DNA of 64,000 bases, taken from Octopus vulgaris (lineage: Eukaryota). Position numbers and translations under genes: made by a program. Every line of letters begins with the position of its first letter. The stretch's first letter is position 1. The stretch spans positions 74,276,001 through 74,340,000 of the forward strand of contig OX597824.1 in NCBI GenBank assembly GCA_951406725.2, in the 5' to 3' direction. This document shows positions 38,187 through 51,743 of this stretch, one piece after another. The notes beneath the pieces are model-generated. The model ran no database searches. It was not told the DNA's origin and worked only from the letters and a program-made list of their open reading frames with translations.

Positions 38187-40465
38187 AGCTTGTTCTGCTT
38201 CATCTTCTTCAGAGGAATCAGTACCCGAACTAAGAATGGAATTGTTATTTTGCATTTCAGCACTTCCCGAACCACTGTCTGAAGGCAAACTTATCTGGCT
38301 GATCGAACTCAATGGTCGATCATGCTTAAAGGTGGGGCTCTTGTTGATATTATCATTGCTGCTGTACATATCAGCATCAGTTTTAAGAGAATTGTCTGAA
38401 GAGTTTTTATTGGATTCTGAAGATTTTTCTTTTGAAGAGTCATCGCACTGCTCACTAGGTGTAAATACCTCTTCGTTGTCAGTGTTGGTTTCGCCTGCCT
38501 CATCATTCTCAGTATAATTGCGTGGAGGCACTCGGGGTGGTGTTGGAGTGCGCTCTTTCGATTTGCCTCTTGGTACTGGGGCAGGGTAGGTGCAAGATAT
38601 TTGGGGAGAGCTGAAAAAGTCCATGGTGTCAGCGTCTGTGGTATCATGGTTAGCAGAACTGACCTTGCTACTGGTTTTGTCAGTAGCACTGGTTACATCA
38701 CAATTTGAGTTTACATCATCACTTTCTGAGTGAGGTGATTTCATCTGTTCCTGTTCTCGGCCATACCATCTGCGAGGTGGGGCAGGAACAGGGCTTTTCG
38801 ATATGTTTGGAGAAGAGGGTTCAGGCTGGTTGATCATTTTATTTGGAGGGCTTGATGCCATTGACATGTCTTCAGAGTCTCTTTGAAACGGTTGACTGAG
38901 CGTTCGACTTCGACTGCTTTCTATGTCATTATCTTTGTTGCGGTGATCTGCAGCATCAGAACGGCACCGCCGTAGATTCTTACGCAGAGGCTTTGGTGGA
39001 CAAGGTTTACGCGATTCAGATTTCTGTCTTGTTAATGTAGGTGCTCCAAGTTCTTGAGCCTGTTGAGAAGATGTGAAGTCAACATGCATAAACTGAATAT
39101 CGGATGCTGTCAACTTGCTACGAGATCGCTTGATTTCCTCATGTTTAGGGCGTGGTGGACGAGCAGGGGGTTTTGGAGGAGTTGGGTCATTGACACCTGA
39201 GACGAGAAGATCAAAGGGAGAATTGTTTACTCGAGTTTTACGTGGTAATTGCACCTGATCCTCAGTTTCCAAGGATTTTGACGAGGTTTCTGACCAGTTT
39301 TTATGGTATGAATGAGACACACTGCATCTGTCTACAGAAGATGACCTAAGCTTATAGTCTCTAACGGGTACTCTAGGGGCTTGCCTCCGAGACCTTTCCG
39401 GAGATGACAAGTTGTCAATGTTTTCTTGAGACTTTAATATATTATTTACACATTCCTCGACGTGCCGTAGCGATGCATCTACAGTCTCTATATCATTAGA
39501 AATAGACTCTCTCTTTACTGAAGTATTAGCAAGGGGATTTGTTTCACTTAATTGTATTGGGGTATCATTGCTTGGTCTGACACTGTTATCATTGTAGCTG
39601 CTGTTGCTGTTTTTGCTACTGTTCAGTTCATTTGTTAAACCGTCATCAGAATGATGATCTGCACTTGTTCCTGGACTGCTGCCATCAACTGATTCTACAG
39701 AGTTCTGTCGCAGTAATAATGAAACCCGCTGTTTTGGCACGGGGCGTTCACGAGGTTTGGGTCTGGGCTTTGGTTTCACAGGTGGCGGTGGTGGTGTTTT
39801 CCTGGGTTCTATGTTATACGACTCGTGGCAGTCTGAGGCAGGTGTCTTTACAGGATTCGGTTCACTGGACTGTATCTTCCGGACAATATTGTTGTTGTTG
39901 TCATCGTTATTGGAAGCGTTCGAACTTTGAGCAATGCTTGAAGAACACGAATGACTCTTCCCTGCACCGAAAGCCACCCTGATAGTAAATGTCTTAGGTG
40001 AAGGGGCTGGAGGAGTGCTTTTGGCTCTCGTGAAGACTTTCCTGGAAGTTCCCTGCTGTGTGTTGGTTTTAGGGGATGATAGCTTTCTGCTGTTTTCACT
40101 TACTGTCTCATTGATGTTACTGTTGTTGTCATTGTTGTTGTTGTTGTTATCATTAGAAGTGTAAGTTGAACTAGCATTAGTTGTGGTAGAAATGTTGTTG
40201 TTAATGTTGAAGTCTAGGTTGAAGTTTGAGTTGTTGCGAACGGAATTCAAAATCTTAGTCTGTATGTCATTTTTGGAGAATGGTGATTTCTTCACAGTCA
40301 CTGGCGTACAATTTACCGAACTGGGGGCACTTTTAGGTGAAGCTTCTCCCGTCGGTTTCTTTGGAGTAGGTGGAGGTGATGTGTCTTTGGGTGGTAGTTG
40401 TGGTGGCGATGAGGATGATGATGGTGGTGAAGAAGGTGGTGGTGGTGGAGGTGCTTTTCCTTTAC
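38187..40465 (-). CDS. FGD6: FGD6-like large exon: Pro/Ser/Asn-rich low-complexity N-terminal region (~760 aa)
   Basis: Core of the 801-aa ORF; cag acceptor at 40466-40468, gtaagt donor at 38181-38186, 2279 nt, phase 1 to 0, in frame with the DH exon; many PxxP motifs. Confidence 0.92.
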
Positions 40466-40709
40466 CTGCAAAATCATTGGAAAAAAAAACAAACTGTAAA
40501 TCAAAACACAAATAAAGTAATACAACCGAAATGTGGCTGTTTAAAATTTAACATGAAATGTCTTTGTAAGGGCTGTGTTAGAGAGGTGAAGGAGATAATG
40601 AAAGGAGAAATAGTGAAAGTGAATGCGAAAGAGAGAGAGAGAGAGAGGGGGAATAAGCAAAAGAATTGTAAGAGCAAAGATAGTAAGAGATAAAGACAAA
40701 GGGCAAAAT

Positions 40710-40742
<33 letters not shown>

Positions 40743-41605
40743 CGATAAAGAGAGAGAGTAAAAATATTGTGAGAGAGATGTATGAGTGGATGGATGAATG
40801 GATGTGTGTGTATGGATGGATATGTATGTGTGTGTATGTATGTGTGTATGCATGTGTGTGTATGTGTGTGTATGTATATGTATGTATGTAATAATATAAA
40901 TAATATATAGATATATGCATATATACATATATATATGTACATACCTACATATATATATAGAGAGAGAGACATGCATATATGGGTATAGGACATCAAAAAA
41001 ACGTTGAACACAATGAGAAACGAAAATATGAAAACAAAAACATAAAAATGAACTTTTTTTTCAAACAACAAAAAAAGCAAACAGAGAAATGAGACATGCA
41101 ACATAAAGAATATTCCCCTTCTTCAGTTGTCCCTGTTTCATCTACTCCGCATTTCGAAGGTAAGGACAAGACGCAACTTCATTGATACAGTCCTTCCCGC
41201 AAAGCAAATTAAATAAAATTTGGGATGTTTTGCGGAGGGTGAAAGTGGTAACAAGAACAGGACAGTGAGAACAATCTGAATGAATGAATGAATGTATGTA
41301 AGTATGCATGCAAGCAAGCCAGCAAGCAAGCATGCATGCTTGCATGTATGTATGTGGTCATGTATATTATGTAAAAGCATCTTACAGACTGAAATAGTCA
41401 ATGAAATAAAAATAAAATTAAAGAATTTATTAATTCTGTATAGCTTGATACCAAACAATCCACGGCGTGGTATTGGTCTGTGAACTGCTGATTGGGGAAC
41501 ACTGTGCCAAAGGATCCTGCTGACCTTTTCATCACAATCCCATGGCTGTCAAGGTCCACCATGTAAAAGTGACAGAATGGTCTGAGAGAGACAAGAGAAA
41601 ATTAC

Positions 41606-41772
41606 CTGAAGAATCTAATATAATTCTTTGGTTGGTTGATGCCAATTCTCCATTGTTTCTTTTAGACGTTTGTGGCTTGCCTTGAGAAAGTGATACGTTT
41701 GGTTTTGCTGGAAGAGGAGGGCGTGGTTTGTTTGGTAAAGGTGGCTTTGTCTTGTGACAATATCCAACGAGT
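41606..41772 (-). CDS. FGD6: FGD6-like exon: (R)LVGYCHKTKPPLPNKPRPPLPAKPNVSLSQG...IILDSS
   Basis: cag acceptor after a pyrimidine tract, gtaatt donor, 167 nt, phase 2 to 1; KPPLP.KP motif like the FGD6 N-terminus. Confidence 0.82.
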
Positions 41773-41920
41773 CTGTAAAAGAAGCAAAAAATATAAATAA
41801 ATAAAAGAATCATTAATAACAATAATAATAATTTTTTTTATTAGCCACAGGAGCATAGATGAGGAGGACATTACAAGGACAGACAGCAATTTGTGTCAGA
41901 CTTACATAAAGGATACTCAT

Positions 41921-42128
41921 TTACTCTTTACTTGTTTCAGTCATTTGACTGTGGCCATGCTGGAGCGCCGCCTTTAGTCGAACAAATCGACTCCAGGACT
42001 AATTCTTTGTAAGCCTAGTACTTATTCTATCGGTTCTTTTTGCCGAACTGCTAAATTACGGGGACATAAACAGACTAGCATTGGTTGTCAAGCGATGTTG
42101 TGGGGGACAAACACAGACACATAAACAT

Positions 42129-42179
<51 letters not shown>

Positions 42180-42360
42180 TATATATATACATATATACGA
42201 TGGGCTTCTTTCAGTTTCCGTCTACCAAATCCACTCACAAGGCTTTGGTCGGCCCGAGGCTATAGTAGAAGACACTTGCCCAAGGTGCCACGCAGTGGGA
42301 CTGAACCTGGAGCCATGTGGTTGGTAAGCAAGCTACCTACCACACAGCCATTCCTGCGCC
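41921..42360 (-). mobile_element. SINE family A, full-length copy
   Basis: tRNA-like head at the 42360 end, internal (TA)n/(TG)n, and AAACAAGTAAAAGAGTAA tail. Confidence 0.85.
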
Positions 42361-43563
42361 TATATGGGGAGAAAGAAATGGAAAAGACAGTGCCAAGCAA
42401 TAAAAGTATACATAGCGCACAAAGTATGTAATAACATGAATGATGTAATCCTTCTGATACAGGAGAAACCCCAACTAGGGCCAATCAAAGAATCCTTCAG
42501 ATCCAGGATTACGTTGACCACCAAAAGTATGAGCCCTCCCTCATGTTCTACAGGCACATGATTAAAGCTCTACCATTTTTACCAATGATAATAGTAAAGT
42601 CCTGCCTACTATAGGCACAAGTCGATTACATTGACTCCAGTGTGTAACTGGTACTTATTTCATCAACCCCGAAATGATGAAGGCAAAGTCGACCTCAGTG
42701 GAATTTGAACTCAGATCCTAAGGACAGACAAAATGCCACTAAGCATTTTATCCACGATGCTAACGATTCTGCCAGCTCGCCCCCTTTATAATAATAATAA
42801 TGATGATGATGATGATGAAGACGATGATGAAGATGATGATGATGATGATGATGATGATGAAGACGATGATAATAATAATCCTTTCTACTAAAGGCACAAA
42901 GCCTGAAATTTGGGGGGGAGAGGATTAGTTGATTACATCATCCCCAATGTTTCCCTGGTACTTATTTCATTGACCCTGAAAGGATGAAAGGCAAAGCTGA
43001 CCTCAGCAGAATTTGAACTCAGAACGTTAAGACAGACAAAACGTCATGTAGTAGTAGTAGTAGTAAAGCAATAAATAAAAAGAAAATCGTTAAAATTACA
43101 AAAAGTCAAAAAAACAGAATACATTTCAAACATTTATATATCAATAACATTTTAATGTTTCATCACTGCAAAAAAGAGATTCCATTCTAATACATTTCTG
43201 GTGAGGAAAATTCTAAATTTCTAACATGTTTTGGAACTGATGAAAAGTTCCCCTTCCTGACAAGTGTGCGAAGGGGAAGAGGTATCAAAATTGAAAATAT
43301 TCACACATCAAAGAATTTGAAATCTAGACATTTAATGAATAAATGGGTGAATAAAATAACTCCAATAAGCCACATGTTCAAGAAAAACTTCTTGTGGCTG
43401 TGTGGTAAGATGCTTGCTTCGCAACCGCATGGTTTCAGATTCAATCTCAATGTATGGCACCCTGGGCAAGTGTCTTCTGCTAGAGGCTCAGGCTAACCAA
43501 ACCCTTGTGGATAGATTTGGTGAATGGAAACTGAAAGAAACTCGTCGTGTGTGTATGTGTATG

Positions 43564-43596
<33 letters not shown>

Positions 43597-44262
43597 GTGT
43601 GTCTTTGTGTCTGTGCTTATTTCCCACTACCATTTGACAGCTGGTATGACTGCAGTCCAATGATTGAAACAGGAGAAGATTGGTGACAGGAAAACCATTC
43701 ATCTGCAGAAAAAAATCCACCTCAACTCAAATTCCATCCGACCCATGCAAGCATGGAAAAGTGAACGTTAAAACGATGATGATGGTGATGATGACGATGA
43801 CCTGACTCCCTGAGTGCCTTCAGCAGAGTCCGATCTGTGCAAACATTTGGACCAGGTCACCAGTCCCGGTTTCAAAGACCCTAGTGAGAGTCATGGGGAT
43901 TCCTCCTCTTCTCCAACTAAGCATCAACAAACTTGACACTAAAACAAAACAACAAACCACTGGCGGAGTGCAATAATTTTAGTGCACAAGATTAGGTCGT
44001 CATGACCTGCACTTGTCCGTGCTGCATGTCAAGTTTTTAGTATTGGTTGAAGGTGGACATATTGGCAAAGAGACTTCATTATGTGGATAATGATTCTCTT
44101 TCTTTATTTTTCATTGTATTTAGGTGTTGTTATTGTTTTTGATAATGGTAGTGGCGGTGGTGGTAGTGGTGATATTTGTAGTTAGAATATAAATACATTT
44201 GTTTTAACTGTTTTCTTTTTGTAAATTAAAAAAAACCCGACAGACATTTGGCATGACACACA

Positions 44263-44305
<43 letters not shown>

Positions 44306-44318
44306 ATGTGTATGTATG

Positions 44319-44429
<111 letters not shown>

Positions 44430-44455
44430 GTATGTGTATATATATATATATATAT

Positions 44456-44505
<50 letters not shown>

Positions 44506-44588
44506 ATAAGGGTAGAAATTGATACTAATCAATTAAAAGCAGTGGCTTAGCATATAGTAAAAAAAATCTGAAGATTAAAAGTTGTTTT

Positions 44589-44731
44589 ACATACAAAATT
44601 TAGAGGACTGACCACTAAAAGTGGACAGCCTATATGCTAAACATAGACGTCAAAATGCCATTTACCACGAAGAATGTGTTCTCAAGAAAAATCTCAGCAA
44701 AATACCAAAATGTGGTCAGTCCTCTAAATTT

Positions 44732-44738
<7 letters not shown>
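44589..44738. repeat. 27-bp perfect inverted repeat in a microsatellite-flanked insertion
   Basis: ACATACAAAATTTAGAGGACTGACCAC (44589-44615) versus its reverse complement (44712-44738). Confidence 0.85.
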
Positions 44739-44775
<37 letters not shown>

Positions 44776-45178
44776 AGAGAGAGAGACAGAGGAAGGAGAG
44801 AAAGGAAGACAGACAGAAAAGAAGAGATTTAGGTGGATGTGGGTGCAAATAAATATCACATTTAATCCATGACTTCTAATAGGTTGCTAGATAGTTTCTT
44901 TTTTAGTTTGAATAAAAAGTGTTTGCACTAACAGACACACTCATAGCAGTGAGTGGGTAAACTGGACATGTTTTTACTTCAGTTACTCTTTTACTTGTTT
45001 CAGTCATTTGACTGTGGCCATGCTGGAGCACCACCCTTTTAGTTGAGCAAATCGACCCCATGACTTATTCTTTGTAAGCCTAGCACTTATTCTATTGACC
45101 TCTTTTGCTGAACCGCTAAGTTCAGCATCGGTTATCAAGCGATGTTGGGGGGACAAACACAGACAAGCATATACACAT

Positions 45179-45275
<97 letters not shown>

Positions 45276-45283
45276 CACATACA

Positions 45284-45314
<31 letters not shown>

Positions 45315-47032
45315 GATAGGCTTCTTTCAGTTTCCATCTGCCAAATCCACTCACAAGGCTTTGGTTGGCCTGAGGCTATAGTAGAAGACACTTGCCCAAG
45401 GTGCCACACAGTAAGTTTAACATACTTCCCTCAAAAACATATAAGGTGAATAAAGTTCACTACAACAAGTAAGGTGAACATAATTCACCTTAATTAGTGT
45501 ATAATGCGAACATGCTTTACCATAACAAGTGTGTAAGACAAACACACTTGGAACCGACTAGTATGGCTATGGGGGTAAATTGTGAGGGTTTTGATGAGGG
45601 ATAGGTTGTGTATTGGTAGAGTAGTCTCACATATCAGATTGCATCCAGATCCTGGGTGCAAGGTGCTATATACAGCACTAGATGATGCTTCATATCACGT
45701 TATGCTATCATTATAATCATTTAACATCCATGTTCCATGTTAGCATAGATTGGCAGGTTCGACAGGATCCAATGGGCTCAAGGACAACATCACACTCCAG
45801 TACCTACTTTGGTATAGTTTCTATGGCTGGACGGCCTTCCTAATGCTAACCATTATACAGCATGTATTAGGTGCATTTTTTTTTTGTGCCTTCAACAATA
45901 GTGAAACCAGCAAGCAGTTTCTAAGACTACAACTCCACTCGCCTGAGAGGAAAAGTTTATGCTAAAAGATAGGTAAAGAGGAGGCGTAGGAGTGGCTGTG
46001 TAGTAAGTAGCTAGCTTACAAACCACATGGTTCCGGGTTCAGTCCACTATGTGGCACCTTGGGCAAGTGTCTTCTACTATAGCCTCGGGCTGACCAAAGC
46101 CTTGTGAGTGGATTTGGTAGATGGAAACTGAAAAGAAGCCCGTCATATATATGTATATGTATATATATATATATGTATATGTGTGTTTGTCCCCCAACAT
46201 CACTTGACAACCAATGCTGGTTTGTTTACGTCCCCGTAACTTAGCGGTTCGGCAAAAGTGACCGACAGAATATCGATTTGCATGACTAAAGGCATGACCG
46301 CAGTTAAATGACTGAAACAAGTAAAAGAGTAGGAGTTAAATATGTGAGGAAGGGGCCAGAACTGAATAGGTTTTTTGCTGTAAAGGGGTGACAAGAATAT
46401 TCACATTTTAGAGGGGAGGGAGACAGTGATCAGGTGGAGCTGAAAAATAGAGGTGATGAGGTGTCAGAGTGGACCTTCAACGTATGAAGGTGGGTAGGAG
46501 TGAGTTGGGCAGAGGTGTCAGGAGCGAGCGAGGGAGGGAGTAGGAGATGTTTGATAGTGTGGAGAAAATCTCAAGAACCTTTCTTAGGATTCTAGCAGAA
46601 TTTAGGATGGTAGTTTTCTGATGGTCGACAAATATGTGCTTCAATTTCAGCATCTTTCTGCTTCTTAGGTAGTAGTGTGGGGTGTTGTGCCAGGTACACC
46701 AATTACCACATGAACATTGTTATACAACCACTGTATTTCACATGTGAAGGCACATGGCTTAGCAGTTAGGGTATTTGGCTCACGATTGTATAGTCGTGAG
46801 TTGAATTCCTGGCAGAGCATTATTCTTGAGCAAGTTACTTTATTTCACATTGCTCCAGTCCACTCAGCTGGCAAAAATAAGTAGTACCTGTATTTCAAAG
46901 GGCCATCCTTGTCACATTCAGTGCCACACTGAATCTCCCTAAGAACTATGTTAAGGGTAAATATATCTGTGGGCGGTGAGCTGGCAGAAACGTTATCTCC
47001 TTGAGAACTATGTTAAGGGTAAACATATCTGT

Positions 47033-47265
47033 AAGGCGGCAAGCTGGCAGAAACGTTAGCGCGCTGGGTGAAATGCTTAGCGGTAGTTCGTCTGCCGCTA
47101 CGTTCTGAGTTCAAATTCCGCCGAGGTCGACTTTGCCTTTCATCCTTTCTTGGTCGATGAAATAAGTACCAGTAATGCACTGGGATTGATATAATCGACT
47201 TAATCCGTTTGTCTGTCTTTGTTTGTCCTCTCTGTGTTTAGCCCCTTGTGAGTAGTAAAGAAATA
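47033..47265 (+). mobile_element. SINE B nested within a SINE C copy
   Basis: 15-bp TSD GGTAAACATATCTGT at 47018-47032 and 47266-47280. Confidence 0.85.
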
Positions 47266-47999
47266 GGTAAACATATCTGTGGGTTGCACAGCCGCTTGTA
47301 AATTAATTTCATGAGCAAGCTGTTCCAAGTTCGTTAGTATTTCATTTCCAGTCTTTTACCAAAACATGTTTGGGTATGGGAAAATATTAGTCCACTTGAA
47401 AACACTTGAGAGTTGGTAACAAGAAGGGCATTCTGTCATAGACAATCTGAGTCATGTAAGCATTGGAAAAGTAGGTGGTATGATGATGACAATGATATCA
47501 TCCTTCAAACCAACACCAACAGCAAGAATTTGCTGTTGGCCGTTGAAGAATTTGGAGCTGGAGATCTCCATTTCCAGTGACTTCGAGGGCCACCTCCTAG
47601 TGGTGTCGGGCGTCAATGAAGAGCCCTTGACTACAACAAGATGACTAAAGTTTTTTTTTTTCCCAAGGTCTGGGATCTCCCGCCCCTAAATCCTAGACCA
47701 TCACCTAATCACCCTTACCCGTCTTGTTGCTTAACAACAATAACACCAACAGCAGTCATCAATCAATACTGTATGGATATTAGCTAAACTGTCTCAGATG
47801 TGTAGTCTCATATCTCTACTGTAAAGATCCTTTATGACCAGCCCACATCATAGTCATTGCGGAGATGGAGGACTAAAGAAGCAATCCAAAGGTGAGCTGA
47901 GGGCCATTTTGAAATGGAGCAGCATCAACCCATCAAGAATGGAGGACACCATTAATAATTGTTCACTTTATCATTCGTAGTGTTAGAGGGGAATGCTGT

Positions 48000-48031
<32 letters not shown>

Positions 48032-48212
48032 CTGTGTGCGCATGAGTGTGTGTGTATACCTATATGTGTGCATTTGTGTTTATGTTTACTAATGTAAACT
48101 GGTATGTTGAACTGCATCCCTTAATGTCTGATAAATAAACATAAAACAATATGTATATCTGACAGGGAAACATATTAGTTAATACAATATACAATATGTA
48201 TATATATTAAAA

Positions 48213-48533
48213 GACTCCGCCAGTTACGACGACGAGGGTCCCAGCTGATACGATCAACGGAACAGCTTGCTCGTGAAATTAACGTGCAAATGGCTGAGCA
48301 TTCCACAGACACGTGTACCCTTAACGTAGTTCTCGGGGATAATCAGCGTGACACAGAGAGTGACAAGGCTGACCCTTTGAAATACAAGTACAACTCATTT
48401 TTACCAGCTGAGTGGACTGGAGCAACGTGAAATAAAGTGTCTTGCTCAAGGACACAACGCGTCGCCGGGAATCGAACTCACAACCTTACGATCATGAGCC
48501 GAATGCCCTAACCACTGAGCCATGCGCCCTCAC
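48213..48533 (-). mobile_element. tRNA-derived SINE family C, full-length
   Basis: Head GGCGCATGGCTCAGTGGTTAGGGC...GAGTTCGATTCCC, then GTGTCCTTGAGCAAGACACTT. Partial copies near 21043, 35210 and 46748. Confidence 0.8.
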
Positions 48534-49205
48534 TTTGTATATATATATATCTATATCAGATATACAATATGTATATCTGATATAGAAATATATTAGTTAA
48601 AAATATATGCCAAACTGAAATACTGAAGTCAAATGAATAACTGAAACACTTAACAGCAATGCTCCATCATGGCCACGATCAAATGACTGAAGCCAGGGTA
48701 AAAAAGAGAGGATCTTAATTTTCTTAAAGCTTAAACATAACCACCGCTGCCACCACCACCACCACCACTGCTGCTGCCACTAAATCTAACAGAGTGACTG
48801 CTCCAAGATTATTTCTAAGAAATATATACTATGCCTATTAAAAACCAATCCCTTTTCTCCCTTAGTCGATGCTACCTCACCCCCTTTATTCCTATGGGCC
48901 CTCTTGCCCACTAAAAGACCTTCTTGAGAGCCAAGTTCCGAAACCAATAATATGAGGAATGCAGACAATTCTAAACAGCCCCTATGACCCCACTGTCACC
49001 AGCACCTCAAAAAAGAAGTGTTTATATACAGTACCAATAAAGAAGTAGAAAGTGAAGAAAAAGTAGGGGGGAGGTTCTACTTCAAGTTATGATTATTGTC
49101 ATATTATATTTATTATTATTATTATTATTATTGCAATTACTACTAAAGAAAAGGAGAGGACTTAAGATAATTGTAAATATACTCTCTCTCTCACATACAG
49201 ACACA

Positions 49206-49247
<42 letters not shown>

Positions 49248-49666
49248 GGGAACAGGTATACATATCCACATACACAAGAACATTTATACACACACATTTA
49301 TATATATGTTGTACACATATGTTGTACATACACAAACCCACAAGGAAAATACACAAATAAATAGACATATGTGTGAGTGTGTGTGTGTGTGTTTGTAATA
49401 AGGTAACATTGGGACACATACACATATATAAATACGAAGCATATTCCTTCATATGAATAGATATACATGCATTCCTAAAATCCCATACACATTAGTGATA
49501 ATAAATTTGTATAATGAAATAAATGTATAGAGATATATAGATACACATTCGAGTATGTGTGTGTGTGTGAATGCATATTTGTAGATGTGGATGCAAAGAG
49601 AAATTTTATATTTCAGATGTATATCATTAAAAAACATGATTGCTATAACATACTGTGTTTATTGTC

Positions 49667-49702
<36 letters not shown>

Positions 49703-50284
49703 ACTGAGAATGATGTCAATAACAACAATAATAATGAAATTCCAAAGAGACCAATAAAGAAATATGAGAAAATATTTTCATACATCTTCATAAATACTGG
49801 TAGGTTTTAATAAAGCATACCTTGTATTATAATAAAAAGAAAACAAATTTGTGTTTTTAATGGAAAATGTGTGTGTGTGTGTGTGTATGCAAATGGTTGT
49901 AATATGTATACACTCCTATATTCCCTTGCTAACAACTACAAAGATGCAGAAATTATGAGCCAGTATCTTTTCATCATTCAGAAGATGAGGCCAAGATTGT
50001 CTTCAAACGTTAATGGATTTGGGGAATTTATAGTTCCAAACTTAATATAAAAGACTAAGGAAATAATAAGAAAAAAAAATCATTAAGCAAAAAAAAAAAA
50101 AAAACAAATTAAGCAAAGGTGTGGCTGTGTGGTGAGAAGCTTGCTTCCTAACCAGATGGTGTCGAGTTCAGTCTCACTGTGTGGCACCTTAGGCAAGTGT
50201 CTTCTACTATAGCCTCAGGCTGACCAAAGCCTTGTGAACAGATTTGGTAGACAGAAAGTGAAAGAAACCCATCATGTATATGTC

Positions 50285-50337
<53 letters not shown>

Positions 50338-50340
<3 letters not shown>

Positions 50341-50680
50341 CAAAACGGTGCTGAGTTGTCAAACATTTAAACCAAATTTTCTCAAAACAACTCGTCTGAC
50401 CATCTCATAGGCCTCCACTTTCAGAAACACTGATTTAACCTAAATTTGAGATACCAGCAAAAGAAGAAATAAAGATAGACTTTTTTCTATTCCGAGAAAA
50501 ACGATTTTACAAATGCACATTCCCACGGCTTTATCGATCGCATTCTCACCTGGAATCAATTTTTGTAATTTTTTCAAGATTTATACATGCTCTATATCAA
50601 ATTTGAGCACAATCAGATGGAGGATGCCCGATATCCTAGAAGACACACACACACACAGAACGGATTTTATATAATAGATA
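50338..50680 (-). mobile_element. Helitron-like non-autonomous element (5' part)
   Basis: Minus strand begins A|TCTATTATATAAAATCCGTTCTGTGTGTG, a typical Helitron 5' end with microsatellite; the 3' end is not identifiable. Confidence 0.5.
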
Positions 50681-51333
50681 TATATATCTGTGTGTATGTC
50701 TTTGTGTCTGTGTTTGTCCCTCACTGCCGATTGACAACCAATGCAGGTGCATTTACATTCCCGTAACTTAGCAGATTGGCAAAGAGACTGATAGAATAAG
50801 TACTAAGCTTAAAAAAATAAGTCTTAGAGTTGATTTGTTCAACTAAAACCCTTTCAAGGTGGTGTTCCAGCATGGCCGCAGTCCATGCTGGAACAAGTAA
50901 AAGATAAAAGAGATTTAACTTGAACTTGGTAATGCCTGTATCCATCACTTCCTACACTCACTCTCTAAACCCACCCAATCTTTGCAGTTTTTACCAACTT
51001 ATCCCTCCCCTCTACTATTTCCTCTATCTCTTGTTACCCACCATATACTCTTGCAAGCTCCGATCAACTCATATTCCTTGTTTGTCTGTCCCCTCTCACT
51101 TCTACTCACCTCCTCGAGGTGCCACCTGGACACCTCATCATCACAGCTATCACTGATTCATTCTCACTTCCTCCTCTAAATGTAAACAGACATGTAGCCT
51201 CTACAATAAAAACCTGCTCTGTTCCACCCCTTCCTCTTATCTTAACCCTCATCTCCGAACATAAAGCCACATCTAATAATACCCCAAGAGAATATAATAC
51301 TTTAAAATGATTAAACACACTTCAGTAAATACC

Positions 51334-51743
51334 TATTTCTTTACTACCCACAACGGGCTAAAAACAGAGGGGACAAACAAGGACAAACAGATTAAGTTGA
51401 TTACATCAACCCCAGTGTGTAACTGGTACTTATTTAATCGACCCCAAAAGGATGAAAGGCAAAGTCGACCTCGGTGGAATTTGAACTCAGAATGTAGCAG
51501 ACGAAATACCTATTTCTTTACTACCCACTAAGGGCTAAACACAGAGAAGACAAATAGGGACAGACAAACGGATTAAGTCGATTATATCGACGCCAGTGCG
51601 TAACTGGTACTTATTTAATTGACCCCGAAAGGACAAAAGGCAAAGTCGACCTCGGCGGAATTTGAACTCAGAACGTAGCAGCAGACGAAATACCGCTAAG
51701 CATTTTGCCTGGCGTGCTAATGTTTCTGCCAGCTCGCCGCCTT
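51334..51743 (-). mobile_element. Dimeric SINE B (full monomer plus head-less monomer) under one TSD
   Basis: TSD ACTTCAGTAAATACC at 51319-51333 and 51744-51758; internal junction at 51510/51511. Confidence 0.85.

Noticed and set aside
38106-40511. 801-aa ORF as a stand-alone intronless gene
   Set aside because: Its ends are intronic (pyrimidine tract/acceptor and GTAAGT donor) and it splices in frame to the RhoGEF exons.
40981-41278. Hammerhead in the repeat carrying CTGAAGA and TTCGAAA motifs (related to 9580-9700)
   Set aside because: The motifs are in the wrong order and a full core with stems could not be assembled; possibly a PLE terminus but unsupported.
43800-44095. Relatively GC-rich unique segments (also 47490-47960) as exons or a nested gene
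   Set aside because: No convincing splice pair with compatible phase and no recognisable protein motif was found.
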